Translations under genes and position numbers: made by a program
In this document: positions 48,697-58,443 of the stretch, piece by piece
How positions within the stretch are numbered: the stretch's first letter is position 1
Layout of the letters: each line of letters begins with the position of its first letter
Assembly (NCBI GenBank): GCA_046861385.1
Contig: JBHHTW010000005.1
Location: 32,001-96,000 of the forward strand
Source of the DNA: Fidelibacterota bacterium
Lineage (GTDB): Bacteria; Fidelibacterota; Marinisomatia; Marinisomatales; TCS55
Direction: 5' to 3'
Length of the DNA: 64,000 bases
The notes under the pieces: model-generated
Told to the model about the DNA's origin: nothing
The model's input: only the letters and a program-made list of their open reading frames with translations
Database searches by the model: none

Positions 48697-49935
48697 TTGC
48701 TGTTATTACTGCTGACCAGCCTTTCTTATGGCAGTAAGTTTTACGGATATTTTTCAACGAATACATATACATTCTCTCGCAAAAATCTAGACGATAGTAC
48801 ATTGGTTCATATACGCCTTTACCAGTCTGTTTGGCTTCAGGGGAGGGATGTTCTTATAAAAAAAAGCCGGTTAAATATCTCCGGTGTATTTTACATGGAC
48901 CCTGTAAACCCCTTTCACTATGGAGACGTAGAAAATTCAACTGATGGAGATTATGTATTCCAAATATATAATTTTAATTATTCCACATCTTGGTTTTCAG
49001 ATAGAATGAAGGTGAATATTGGTCGTCAATTTCAATATTCAGTTTCTGATGCAGGTCGATTGGACGGTATATCGACAGATTACACATTTCGGCAACTAAA
49101 ATTCAAAGGATTCGCTGGGTTATATGTTCCTGCATCCGGCATGACGGAAAATCCATCTGATGATCATTTTTATGGTGGTGAAATTTCCTGGAAAAAATCT
49201 AAATCGTTTGATTTGAAACTTGGTTATTCAGATAAATCACATTCCAGGGAAATTTATCATTCAAATGCGGTTTTCAAGGATGTGGAAGTTCCACCATCGA
49301 TTCGTCAGCGAGTTGGAATCCAAAGCAGTCTTAAAAGGGGGCACCTGACCTTTTATGCCAGAACCAGGCACCGCATTCGTGAATTTGAATTAGACGACGC
49401 CACATTCCAAACCACCTATCATGGAAATAGGGATCAACGGCTACAAAACGTTGTTTTTGAATATAATCTTCGAAAACCGCAAATACCTGATAATTCAATA
49501 TTTTCTGTTTTTGATTCTTATGCCTCTCAAGAGTTTTCGTTAAGAGGGCGCTTATCATTGGTGAAGAAAATATCCGGATGGTTTAATTTTCGACAGGTTC
49601 TGTTTAATAATGATCAATCCTCAATAATATTATTGGGAGTGGGAATGTCCGTGGTACGTGCAGAATTTGTTCGTCAGGATGGATATGGCGGCAGCTCAAA
49701 CCGAATGGTTGTCGGAGCTCGGAAAAAAATGGGGAAACTGAATTTATCCAGTCGTCTTTCTTTGGGGAATTACCGCTTAATCGAAGGAAAGTGGAATGAT
49801 TTATCTACTGTTACTTTTTCAGCATCTTATCCCATGTGGAAAAAATTTGAAATCAATTCTGAAATCCATGTATTGAAAAATAAATATTATTCAAATGATA
49901 CAAGATTACAGATGGGCATCAGGTACCGGTTATGA
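48697..49935 (+). CDS. Putative outer-membrane beta-barrel (porin)
   Basis: Signal-like N-terminus, alternating amphipathic strands, IGRQ..., GRLDG, C-terminal LQMGIRYRL; no CxxCH; start codon uncertain. Confidence 0.75.
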   Translation: MLLLLLTSLSYGSKFYGYFSTNTYTFSRKNLDDSTLVHIRLYQSVWLQGRDVLIKKSRLNISGVFYMDPVNPFHYGDVENSTDGDYVFQIYNFNYSTSWFSDRMKVNIGRQFQYSVSDAGRLDGISTDYTFRQLKFKGFAGLYVPASGMTENPSDDHFYGGEISWKKSKSFDLKLGYSDKSHSREIYHSNAVFKDVEVPPSIRQRVGIQSSLKRGHLTFYARTRHRIREFELDDATFQTTYHGNRDQRLQNVVFEYNLRKPQIPDNSIFSVFDSYASQEFSLRGRLSLVKKISGWFNFRQVLFNNDQSSIILLGVGMSVVRAEFVRQDGYGGSSNRMVVGARKKMGKLNLSSRLSLGNYRLIEGKWNDLSTVTFSASYPMWKKFEINSEIHVLKNKYYSNDTRLQMGIRYRL

Positions 49936-51098
49936 GAAATACTAAAGGATTTATAATCTATATTAGTATCATTGGCTGTGTAAACATTGTTCATAGTGCG
50001 ACATCGGATCCAATCATTCAATTTAGTCATGACCTTCATGTTGCTGATTTGGAAATAAAGTGTACAAAGTGTCATAATCCAAAAGTACTCAAAACGAGCA
50101 TGGGTTCAGATGACGTTATTCTACCCACGGAAAAACGCTGTATGAAATGTCATAAAGTGTGGAAGAAAAAAGGGGAATGTGAAAATTGTCATTTGAAAGA
50201 ACCTCCTTATGAAACTTTTCCTAAAGTAACCCGAATTTTTAAATTTCCACATAAAACTCATTGGGTTGATCAAAAAATTGAATGCAATGAATGTCATGGA
50301 AACATGGCTGGTGTTGATAATTTTCCTCCCATCCCGGTTATGGATGATTGTATGTCATGTCATGCAGAGAAACACGCACCTGAATATTGCTCTTCCTGCC
50401 ACGATAATGTCGCATATTTACGTCCTAAAGATCATTCGGAAGCCTGGCTCACTGATCATGATTTAGCTGCATTGTCCAATGCTTCTGATTGTCAAATTTG
50501 TCATTCCCAAAATACATGCGACAATTGCCATAGCGGCGGTCTACTCGGATTTGATGAATTACCAAAGATGAATCCGGTACCAGGTTATCGTCCCGGAGCA
50601 ATTGTCAATAAAATGTTATTAAATAGCAATCATGCCTTAGACTATGTTTACTCCCATGGGCTGGATGCAAGTACAAAAGCAAAAGATTGCAGTGTGTGTC
50701 ATGAATCGCCAGAATTTTGTACCGCTTGCCATCAGAACAAGGACGAACAGATTTTAAATAAGCCCGATTTTCATGGCGGATTGGACTGGGGAGCAGTTCT
50801 ATATAAAGAGGATACGGATTTTGCCAATGATATCACGGGCGGTGTCCATGCGGAAATGGCGAGGAAAGATATTGAACTTTGTCAATCTTGCCACGATGTG
50901 GAAGGGGCAGACCCCACTTGTATCAGGTGTCATGCGGACAGAGATGGAATTCAAAATACAGATCCAAAAACTCACGCAGCAGGATTTATGAAAAATGTCC
51001 AGGGCGATTGGTGTACAGAACCGGTCTCAATGTGTTTTGTGTGTCATACCCCGGAGGAAAGCAAGACAAACGGCTTTTGCGGATATTGCCATAATTGA
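49932..51098 (+). CDS. 14-heme cytochrome c (c3/c7-like repeats)
   Basis: Counted CxxCH: CTKCH, CMKCH, CENCH, CNECH, CMSCH, CSSCH, CQICH, CDNCH, CSVCH, CTACH, CQSCH, CIRCH, CFVCH, CGYCH. Confidence 0.93.
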   Translation: MRNTKGFIIYISIIGCVNIVHSATSDPIIQFSHDLHVADLEIKCTKCHNPKVLKTSMGSDDVILPTEKRCMKCHKVWKKKGECENCHLKEPPYETFPKVTRIFKFPHKTHWVDQKIECNECHGNMAGVDNFPPIPVMDDCMSCHAEKHAPEYCSSCHDNVAYLRPKDHSEAWLTDHDLAALSNASDCQICHSQNTCDNCHSGGLLGFDELPKMNPVPGYRPGAIVNKMLLNSNHALDYVYSHGLDASTKAKDCSVCHESPEFCTACHQNKDEQILNKPDFHGGLDWGAVLYKEDTDFANDITGGVHAEMARKDIELCQSCHDVEGADPTCIRCHADRDGIQNTDPKTHAAGFMKNVQGDWCTEPVSMCFVCHTPEESKTNGFCGYCHN

Positions 51099-51099
51099 T

Positions 51100-51483
51100 A
51101 TGAAAATAATCAACACATCAATCAGTATTTTTATCATTTCTTTGATTATAGGGTGTTCAGAATTAGATAAATCATTTAAAGAGCCTTTGCCAGATAGGGT
51201 AACATATAAATCCCATATTAAAGCTATTCTTGATAGAAGTTGTGTCCGGTGTCATGGAGGATCGGAACAAATTGTCCCAGATGTTAATTTTTCATCTTAT
51301 AGTGAAATTAAGCTGCTAATCGGGACAGATGTTTCATCCGATCTTATTGTGCCGGGGAATCAATCTTCCGGTTTGCTAAGAAAAACCAAACCTGGCGGAA
51401 GTATGAATCTGAACCTCAATGATAACAGAGATTACGATTTGCTTTATCAATGGATTGTCCTTGATAGTGTAGCACAAAACTAA
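51100..51483 (+). CDS. Monoheme cytochrome c lipoprotein
   Basis: ATG 51100; lipobox IIGC; VTYKSHIKAILDRSCVRCHG...GGSM...WI. Confidence 0.82.
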   Translation: MKIINTSISIFIISLIIGCSELDKSFKEPLPDRVTYKSHIKAILDRSCVRCHGGSEQIVPDVNFSSYSEIKLLIGTDVSSDLIVPGNQSSGLLRKTKPGGSMNLNLNDNRDYDLLYQWIVLDSVAQN

Positions 51484-51556
51484 AGCAAATACAGAGCAGA
51501 TCTGGTGCGCTTGCCACAACGGTATGTTTGACTTGACCGGCAAGAAAGGAATAAAC

Positions 51557-52147
51557 ATGATTAAATACGTAACAGGTTTTTTACTCCTCGGAAGTATTGT
51601 ATGGACTCAGCAACCAGAATATGTAGGAACGAATAAGTGTAAAGCTTGCCACTCCAGCAAGAAGAAAGGAGCCCAATACAAACTTTGGAAAGAAACGAAA
51701 CACGCCAAGGCATTTGACCTGCTTCTCACTGAAGAAGCAAAACAGATAGCGAAAGAGAGGGGTTTAGCAAATACACCGGATAAAGCTCCGGAATGTTTAG
51801 AGTGTCATACCGTTGGGTTTGGCTCCGGCGGATATGAAATAATGGATGGGGAATTCTGGTCTCCAGCTGAGGATGATCGGGATGGGAAGAAAGCCGTAAA
51901 ACGAATGGAAAATCTTAAAAATGTTGGGTGTGAAAATTGTCATGGCCCTGGCAGTGCTTATAAGAAAAAGAAAATTATGGAAGCAATTTTTGCAGGAACT
52001 GTATCAGGCGATGAATATGGTTTATCAAAAGCGACCGAAGTAACTTGTAAAAAATGTCATAACGAACGCAGTCCTTCCTATAAACCTTTTAATTTTGAAG
52101 AAAGAATAGCTGAAATTACTCACCCGTTTCCTGATAGTATGAAATAA
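51557..52147 (+). CDS. Tetraheme cytochrome c, c554-like (paralog 2)
   Basis: ATG after AAGGA; signal peptide; CKACH, CLECH, CENCHGPG, CKKCH. Confidence 0.9.
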   Translation: MIKYVTGFLLLGSIVWTQQPEYVGTNKCKACHSSKKKGAQYKLWKETKHAKAFDLLLTEEAKQIAKERGLANTPDKAPECLECHTVGFGSGGYEIMDGEFWSPAEDDRDGKKAVKRMENLKNVGCENCHGPGSAYKKKKIMEAIFAGTVSGDEYGLSKATEVTCKKCHNERSPSYKPFNFEERIAEITHPFPDSMK

Positions 52148-52557
52148 ATATTTAATCTATCCGCTAGAAATAATTGCAGTTAGAAATATGTAAAATGATA
52201 TTTCGACCGTGATCAGTGAAAAGAAATTGCTTTAATTCATCTTCTCTATTTATTTGACATACCACGGAACAGACTATCCCCAGCCAGCTGCAGCAAAGCA
52301 CGCGAATGGGTAAAAGAAACTGTAATTCCACCCATTTTAGTACCAATCAAAATTAGAGTTATGAACTCCATGTTAATTTATTCTCTATTCAAAAATATTT
52401 ATGTAATAACTGTAATCATTTACCAATAGTTAGTTAAATTTTCAACTGTAGTTAAGCCAATATTATTAAAAAGAGGCTGGCAAGTTTAAAATAAAACTAA
52501 ATGTTTATAATCTGCGCTAATAATTGCAATTTATGAATAATTTGAAAAAGGGAGACA

Positions 52558-54480
52558 ATGGGGAAATATAAAGGAATTAAATCTACTGCGGACGGCGCAG
52601 CAATGGTTGTATGGGTAGAAAGCCACATTACACAAGCTGCTTGTGCATACCCTATTACTTCTTCAACGACTATGGGCTCCGGTTATCAAGCTGTCATTGC
52701 GAATGGCGGCACCAATATTTGGGATGAATCAATGGTTTTCATTGAATCAGAGTCGGAGCATAGTTCTGCTTCTGCTTGTGAAGGATATTCCCTCGCCGGA
52801 GGACGTGTAACCAATTTCACATCCGGTCAAGGATTGGTTTTAATGAAAGAAGTGCTTTATACAATTTCAGGAAAAAGACTTCCAGTTGTCTTTCATATTG
52901 GCGCGAGGGCACTCACGTCTCATTCTTTAAATGTTCATGCAGGTCATGATGATGTCATGGCTGTGACTGATTGTGGTTGGGGAATGTTATTTGGCAGAAA
53001 TGCACAAGAAGCCGGTGACCTTGCATTAATTTCACGACGGGTAGCAGAAGACACACACACCCCGTTTTTTAATATTATGGATGGATTTTTAACAACCCAT
53101 ACAATTGAAAATGTCCTTTTACATGAGCCTGAAATGATGGAAGAATTCGTAGGGAAACCTCAAGATAAACTGGTAAATATGATGGATCCTTATCATCCCA
53201 TCATGTCCGGCGTTGTTCAAAATCAGGATTCCTACATGAAAGGAAAAATTGCACAACGGGTATACACTGACAAAATTGAAACATCCATCGTAAATACAAT
53301 GGATAAATTTTTTGAGCTGACCGGTCGAAGATATGGATTAATATCTCAATATAAAATGGATGATGCCGATTATGCTATCATTGGAATGGGATCTATGGCA
53401 GAAACGGCTGAAGCAGCTGCAGATTATTTAAGACAGGAAAAAAATATAAAAGTTGGAATTATTCACATTACATCTTTTCGGCCTTTTCCTGGAAAACAAG
53501 TCGTGAATGCGTTGAAAAATGTGAAAGCGATGACAGTTTTAGAAAGAATGGACAATCCGCTGGCAGAAAGTAATCCACTCACACTCGAGATAAAATCAGC
53601 ATTTGCAGACAACCTGATTTCCGACGAAAATGGAAATACGAAATTACCAACAATTTATTCAGGATCTGCAGGATTAGGGTCAAGAGACGTTCGACCTGAC
53701 GATATTATGGCTGTGGTTGATAACATGATTAAAAAAGACAAAAAATATTTTGCTATTGGTATTAAGCACGACTTATCTCTTGTAACCGGTGAATCCACAG
53801 ATATTCGAAATGAAGGAACATTCTCTATGCGCGGTCATTCTGTTGGAGGTTATGGATCGGTCACAACCAATAAAATTATTGCAACAATCGTTGCGGATCT
53901 TTTCGATATGTATGTGCAAGCTTATCCCAAATATGGATCCGAAAAGAAAGGACTTCCCACCACGTATTATTTAACGGTAAGTCCTGACCGGGTTAAAACC
54001 CATAACGAACTTGAATTTGTTGAGTTTGTACCGTTAAATGATATTAATGCATTTAATTTGGCAAATCCTCTAAAAGGACTGCAGACTGGAGGTATGTTAT
54101 TCGTCCAAAGTCCAAAAACAAAATCGGTTGACATTTGGTGTGACTTCCCAAAGTGGGCACAAAAAACTATTCAAGAAAGAAAGATTGTTGTTATGGCGCT
54201 TGACACAGTGAAAATAGCCAGAGAAGTATCATCAAAACCGGATTTAATCCAAAGAATGCAGGGAATTGTTTTATTGGGTATTTTTCTGAAAGCGACTCCA
54301 TTTTTGGAACAATCCGGAATTAGTGAAGATGAATTAATGCAAGGGGTAGAAAAGTCATTGAGGAAATATTTTGGAAAACGGGGTGAACAAGTTGTGCAAG
54401 ACAATTTAAATGCTGTAAAGCGCGGATTCACTGAAGTTTTTGAAGTTAAACAAGACGAAGGTGAGGAAGTATCAGCATGA
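52558..54480 (+). CDS. Pyruvate/2-oxoacid:ferredoxin oxidoreductase, N-terminal subunit (domains I-III)
   Basis: AYPITSST, ESEHS, FTSGQGL, GARAL, DGFLTTH, HSVGGYG, YGSEKKG. Confidence 0.92.
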   Translation: MGKYKGIKSTADGAAMVVWVESHITQAACAYPITSSTTMGSGYQAVIANGGTNIWDESMVFIESESEHSSASACEGYSLAGGRVTNFTSGQGLVLMKEVLYTISGKRLPVVFHIGARALTSHSLNVHAGHDDVMAVTDCGWGMLFGRNAQEAGDLALISRRVAEDTHTPFFNIMDGFLTTHTIENVLLHEPEMMEEFVGKPQDKLVNMMDPYHPIMSGVVQNQDSYMKGKIAQRVYTDKIETSIVNTMDKFFELTGRRYGLISQYKMDDADYAIIGMGSMAETAEAAADYLRQEKNIKVGIIHITSFRPFPGKQVVNALKNVKAMTVLERMDNPLAESNPLTLEIKSAFADNLISDENGNTKLPTIYSGSAGLGSRDVRPDDIMAVVDNMIKKDKKYFAIGIKHDLSLVTGESTDIRNEGTFSMRGHSVGGYGSVTTNKIIATIVADLFDMYVQAYPKYGSEKKGLPTTYYLTVSPDRVKTHNELEFVEFVPLNDINAFNLANPLKGLQTGGMLFVQSPKTKSVDIWCDFPKWAQKTIQERKIVVMALDTVKIAREVSSKPDLIQRMQGIVLLGIFLKATPFLEQSGISEDELMQGVEKSLRKYFGKRGEQVVQDNLNAVKRGFTEVFEVKQDEGEEVSA

Positions 54481-56060
54481 GTACCCAATTTTCAGAATTA
54501 AACAAGCAGAATGCATTTTCTATTTTAGATATAGAAGATTTTAACGAACGAATTGTCGGTGCCTATAATGACGGAATAGCAGAAGATAGTTTGCCCGCGG
54601 ACACTACGACAGCAAGAAGTTTAATACCAGCAGGAACGGCAGCGCTTCGCGATTTTAGTTATATTGCCCCGGATATTCCTGAATTTCTTTCAGATAACTG
54701 CGTGGCTTGCATGGAATGTGTCACTCAATGTCCCGATACAGCCATTCTCGGAAAAGCGATTCCAGAATCAAAATTGGGTGAAACGATTGATAAATTGGAT
54801 TCAGGTGAATTAAAAGGGTGGATTTCCGATCAATGGACTGATACAAATAAATTTTATAAAGTCCCGGCGAAACAGGGAAAAGAACCGGCAAAATTCGGAA
54901 TTTTTATTGATCCGACAAAATGTAAAGGCTGTGCCGAATGTGTGGACGCCTGCGGTGAGCACGAAGCACTCAGGATGATTACAAAAGAGGATAATACTAT
55001 TCCTACATATCAAAAAGCATTTGAATTTTTTAATCAACTTGGCGAAACACCTTCCGATTATATCAATGAACGGGTACTGGTAGATATGATGCTTGCCAGT
55101 GATTCCATGCTTTACACCGGAGGTGCCGGGTCCTGCATGGGGTGTGGAGAAGGAACTGCATTGAGAATGATGCTGGCCGCTACAGGATTTGTGTACGGAA
55201 AAGAAAGTGTAGGACTTGTGGCTGCAACTGGTTGTAATACGGTCTATGGATCGACTTATCCCTATAATCCATTTTTAGTACCATGGACAAATTCTCTCTT
55301 TGAAAATGTATCTGCAGATGCCATGGGAATTCGTGCCCGATGGGATCAAATGGGATGGCATGATAAAAAATTATGGGCTATTGGCGGTGATGGTGCCATG
55401 GTTGATATTGGATTTCAGGCACTATCACGTATGTTGGCTTCCGGCATGAACATAAATGTACTGATTTTAGATACGCAGGTCTATTCTAATACAGGAGGGC
55501 AGACATCCACGGCAACATTTGCAGGCCAGGATGCAAAAATGTCCATAGTTGGAAAATCAATAGGTGGTAAAACTGAGCGACGAAAAGAAATTGCTAATTT
55601 GTGTATGATGCACCCTGAAATTTTTGTCGCTCAAACGACATCTGCTCATACAAACCATTTTTATAAGGCAATTATGGCAGCAAATGAGTATTCCGGTCCA
55701 TCGGTTATTAATGTGTACACGACGTGTCAACCGGAACATGGAGTCGCAGATGATATGGCTATGCATCAGGCAAAGTTAGCCGCTGACTCCAGGGCATTTC
55801 CTGTATTTATTTATGACCCAACTAAAGGAGAAAAATTCTCGGAGCGTCTTTCCCTTCAGGGAAACCCGGCAAAAAATAATGATTGGTTTGTAAATCCAAA
55901 AACAAAAGAGCAAATTGATTTTGCCTATTTTGCCAAAACTGAAGGTAGATTTGCCAAACATTTTGATAAAGATGGCAATCCGGATAAAATGATACAGTTC
56001 ACTCAAAAAGAGAGACTTTCCAACTGGCATTTACTTCAAGAATTAGCGGGGATTATATAA
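54477..56060 (+). CDS. Pyruvate/2-oxoacid:ferredoxin oxidoreductase, ferredoxin + TPP-binding subunit
   Basis: CVACMECVTQCPD, CKGCAECVDAC, GSCMGCGE, ATGC, GGDG...DTQVYSNTGGQ. Confidence 0.92.
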   Translation: MSTQFSELNKQNAFSILDIEDFNERIVGAYNDGIAEDSLPADTTTARSLIPAGTAALRDFSYIAPDIPEFLSDNCVACMECVTQCPDTAILGKAIPESKLGETIDKLDSGELKGWISDQWTDTNKFYKVPAKQGKEPAKFGIFIDPTKCKGCAECVDACGEHEALRMITKEDNTIPTYQKAFEFFNQLGETPSDYINERVLVDMMLASDSMLYTGGAGSCMGCGEGTALRMMLAATGFVYGKESVGLVAATGCNTVYGSTYPYNPFLVPWTNSLFENVSADAMGIRARWDQMGWHDKKLWAIGGDGAMVDIGFQALSRMLASGMNINVLILDTQVYSNTGGQTSTATFAGQDAKMSIVGKSIGGKTERRKEIANLCMMHPEIFVAQTTSAHTNHFYKAIMAANEYSGPSVINVYTTCQPEHGVADDMAMHQAKLAADSRAFPVFIYDPTKGEKFSERLSLQGNPAKNNDWFVNPKTKEQIDFAYFAKTEGRFAKHFDKDGNPDKMIQFTQKERLSNWHLLQELAGII

Positions 56061-56666
56061 ATGAAAGATAAAACAATCCGTTTAAAAAATAAAATTATCA
56101 TCATCATTAGAGATTTAACCTCTAAGGATGTAAATAAATCTCATGAATTTTTCACAGCTATACCTGAATCCAAAAGAAGATTTTTTCGTAGTGATGTAAC
56201 CAGTAAAAAACATTTAAAAATGAGAGCAGAACAATCCGAGTCCGGTAAAATTATTCGACGGATTGCCCTAATGGATGAAAAAATTGTAGGAGATGCCTCG
56301 TTAGAAATAGATACAGATTCATGGAAAAGTGGTACAGCGTTTTTAAGACTCGTCATTGATCCGAGTCATTCAGGAAAAGGGTTACAATATGCTCTAGCAA
56401 AAGATATGTATGATATTGCCTATGATAAAAAAATCGAAAAAATTATTGCTAAGTTCATGAGACCACAGAAAGATTTATTGGATATCTACACGAACCTTGG
56501 GTTCAAAATGGAGGGAGTATTGCCTGATTACGTGCATGACCAAAAGGGAAAAGATCAGGATTTGGTCATAATGGTTGCTCCCTTAGAAGATCTTCGTTCA
56601 GCACATGACTTTATTGGATATTGGCTGGACAATGATCACAGTTCTGTCGGAGCAGGAGAGATGTAG
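56061..56666 (+). CDS. GNAT family N-acetyltransferase
   Basis: IVGDASL, VIDPSHSGKGL (acetyl-CoA motif A-like), LGFKMEGVL. Confidence 0.8.
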   Translation: MKDKTIRLKNKIIIIIRDLTSKDVNKSHEFFTAIPESKRRFFRSDVTSKKHLKMRAEQSESGKIIRRIALMDEKIVGDASLEIDTDSWKSGTAFLRLVIDPSHSGKGLQYALAKDMYDIAYDKKIEKIIAKFMRPQKDLLDIYTNLGFKMEGVLPDYVHDQKGKDQDLVIMVAPLEDLRSAHDFIGYWLDNDHSSVGAGEM

Positions 56667-56787
56667 ATTGTATTTGAATCGTTTTAATTACGCGTTTATC
56701 ATAAAAAATGTTTTGTGTTTCTAAACGGTACGGGGGATTATTTGATTGGAGGTTTTGCATAACCCTCCAATAGTATTGCATTTTATT

Positions 56788-58443
56788 ATGGAAAATTATA
56801 GCAATAAACCACCAGAAAGGATTTTGCCAAAAGGAACTGATTTATTACTCGATCCATTATATAATAAAGGAACAGCTTTTACAGAAAGGGAGCGAAAGCT
56901 ACTTAATCTGGAAGGGTTGCTTCCTCCTCATACATTAACCCTGGTTGAACAAAAAGCAAAAGTCCTGGAAACAGTACGATCCAAAAATACAGACATTGAA
57001 AAATATATTTATCTCATGTCATTGCAGGATCGAAATGAAACATTATTTTATCGTCTGATAACTGAAGAAATCGAAGAATTCTTACCTATTATTTATACAC
57101 CCACGGTTGGTCAGGCTTGCCAGGAGTATGGTATTGTTTTTCGACGCCCCAGGGGAATGTATATCAGCCTAAAAGAGAAAGGGTCCGTTAAAAAAGTCCT
57201 GAGAAACTGGCGAAGGGAAGATGTAGACGTCATTGTGATTACAGATGGAGAAAGAATTCTCGGATTGGGCGATCTTGGTGCCGACGGGATGGGGATACCT
57301 GTGGGGAAATTATCTTTATATACTGTGTGTTCTGGTATCCATCCTGGTCGTACCCTACCCGTTACAATTGATGTAGGTACCAATAATGAAGAATTGCTGA
57401 ATAATCCCTATTATTTTGGACTAAGAGAAAAGAGGACAACTGGTAAAGATTATGATGAATTAATAGATGAATTCATGGAAGCTGCATCGGAAATTTTCCC
57501 CAATGTTTTGATTCAATTTGAAGATTTTGCTAATCAAAATGCATATCGTTTGTTGGAAAAATACCGTAATAATTACTTTATGTTTAACGATGATATTCAA
57601 GGAACCGGCAGCGTTGTATTGGCCGGGCTTTTGACGGCAGTAAGTTCAATAAATTCTACGTTTCGTCAACAGCGTATCTTATTTTATGGTGCTGGTTCAG
57701 CAGCATTGGGTATTGCTGAAAATATCATCCAACGGATGGAAATGGCAGGCATATCCAATCTGGCAGCAAGGGAAAAAGTATTTTTATTTGATTCCCGTGG
57801 ACTAGTGGTTAAAGGAAGGGATCATTTAACACCAAATAAAGAGAAATATGCTCATCAAATGGATGAAGCAAACCATTTTTATCATGCAGTTAAACAAGTG
57901 AAGCCTACGATGATAATTGGCGTATCCGGACAGCCAAAAGTTTTTACAAAAGAAGTTGTGGAGGAAATGGCCAGATTAAATGAGCATCCTGTCATTTTCG
58001 CATTATCCAATCCAACAAATAAATCCGAATGCTCAGCTGAAGAGGCTTACAAATGGTCTGATGGAAACGCCATATTTGCCAGTGGCAGCCCCTTCGATCC
58101 AGTTGAGTATCGTGGAAAAACTTTTTATCCCGGGCAGGGGAACAATGCTTACATTTTCCCGGGAGTGGGGTTAGGTGTGGTGGCGTCTAAATCAGTACGT
58201 GTTACGGATGAAATGTTTATTATTGCTGCCCAAGAGTTAGCCAAAATGGTTACCCAAGAAGATATTAATAAAGGAAGAATGTATCCATCTCTTACAAATA
58301 TTCGTGAAATTTCACTCAATATTGCAATTGCCGTTGCAGAATATGCTTTTGAGAATAATCTAACGCAGGTTCCCATACCGGACAGTATTTCTAAAATGCT
58401 AAAAGATGTTATCTATGAACCGGAATATAAATCTTATATTTAG
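56788..58443 (+). CDS. NAD(P)-dependent malic enzyme (MaeA/eukaryote-type)
   Basis: YNKGTAF, IIYTPTVG, TDGERILGLGDLG, QFEDF, FNDDIQGT, ALSNPT, GQGNN. Confidence 0.95.
   Translation: MENYSNKPPERILPKGTDLLLDPLYNKGTAFTERERKLLNLEGLLPPHTLTLVEQKAKVLETVRSKNTDIEKYIYLMSLQDRNETLFYRLITEEIEEFLPIIYTPTVGQACQEYGIVFRRPRGMYISLKEKGSVKKVLRNWRREDVDVIVITDGERILGLGDLGADGMGIPVGKLSLYTVCSGIHPGRTLPVTIDVGTNNEELLNNPYYFGLREKRTTGKDYDELIDEFMEAASEIFPNVLIQFEDFANQNAYRLLEKYRNNYFMFNDDIQGTGSVVLAGLLTAVSSINSTFRQQRILFYGAGSAALGIAENIIQRMEMAGISNLAAREKVFLFDSRGLVVKGRDHLTPNKEKYAHQMDEANHFYHAVKQVKPTMIIGVSGQPKVFTKEVVEEMARLNEHPVIFALSNPTNKSECSAEEAYKWSDGNAIFASGSPFDPVEYRGKTFYPGQGNNAYIFPGVGLGVVASKSVRVTDEMFIIAAQELAKMVTQEDINKGRMYPSLTNIREISLNIAIAVAEYAFENNLTQVPIPDSISKMLKDVIYEPEYKSYI

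Noticed and set aside
43968-51098. TGA stops of the pentaheme, barrel and 14-heme genes as possible Sec read-through, given the nearby selC
   Set aside because: Each TGA overlaps or abuts the next gene's start, and the read-throughs I checked (pentaheme, 14-heme) soon hit another stop; no selenoprotein is supported in this window.
52164-52372. Possible small ORF or gene remnant between the cytochrome cluster and PFOR
   Set aside because: The frames I translated are short or interrupted and match no family I recognise.
52531-52548. Rex-box-like TTATGAATAATTTGAAAA before PFOR
   Set aside because: Only a partial match in very AT-rich DNA, and no rex gene is in the window; too weak to call.
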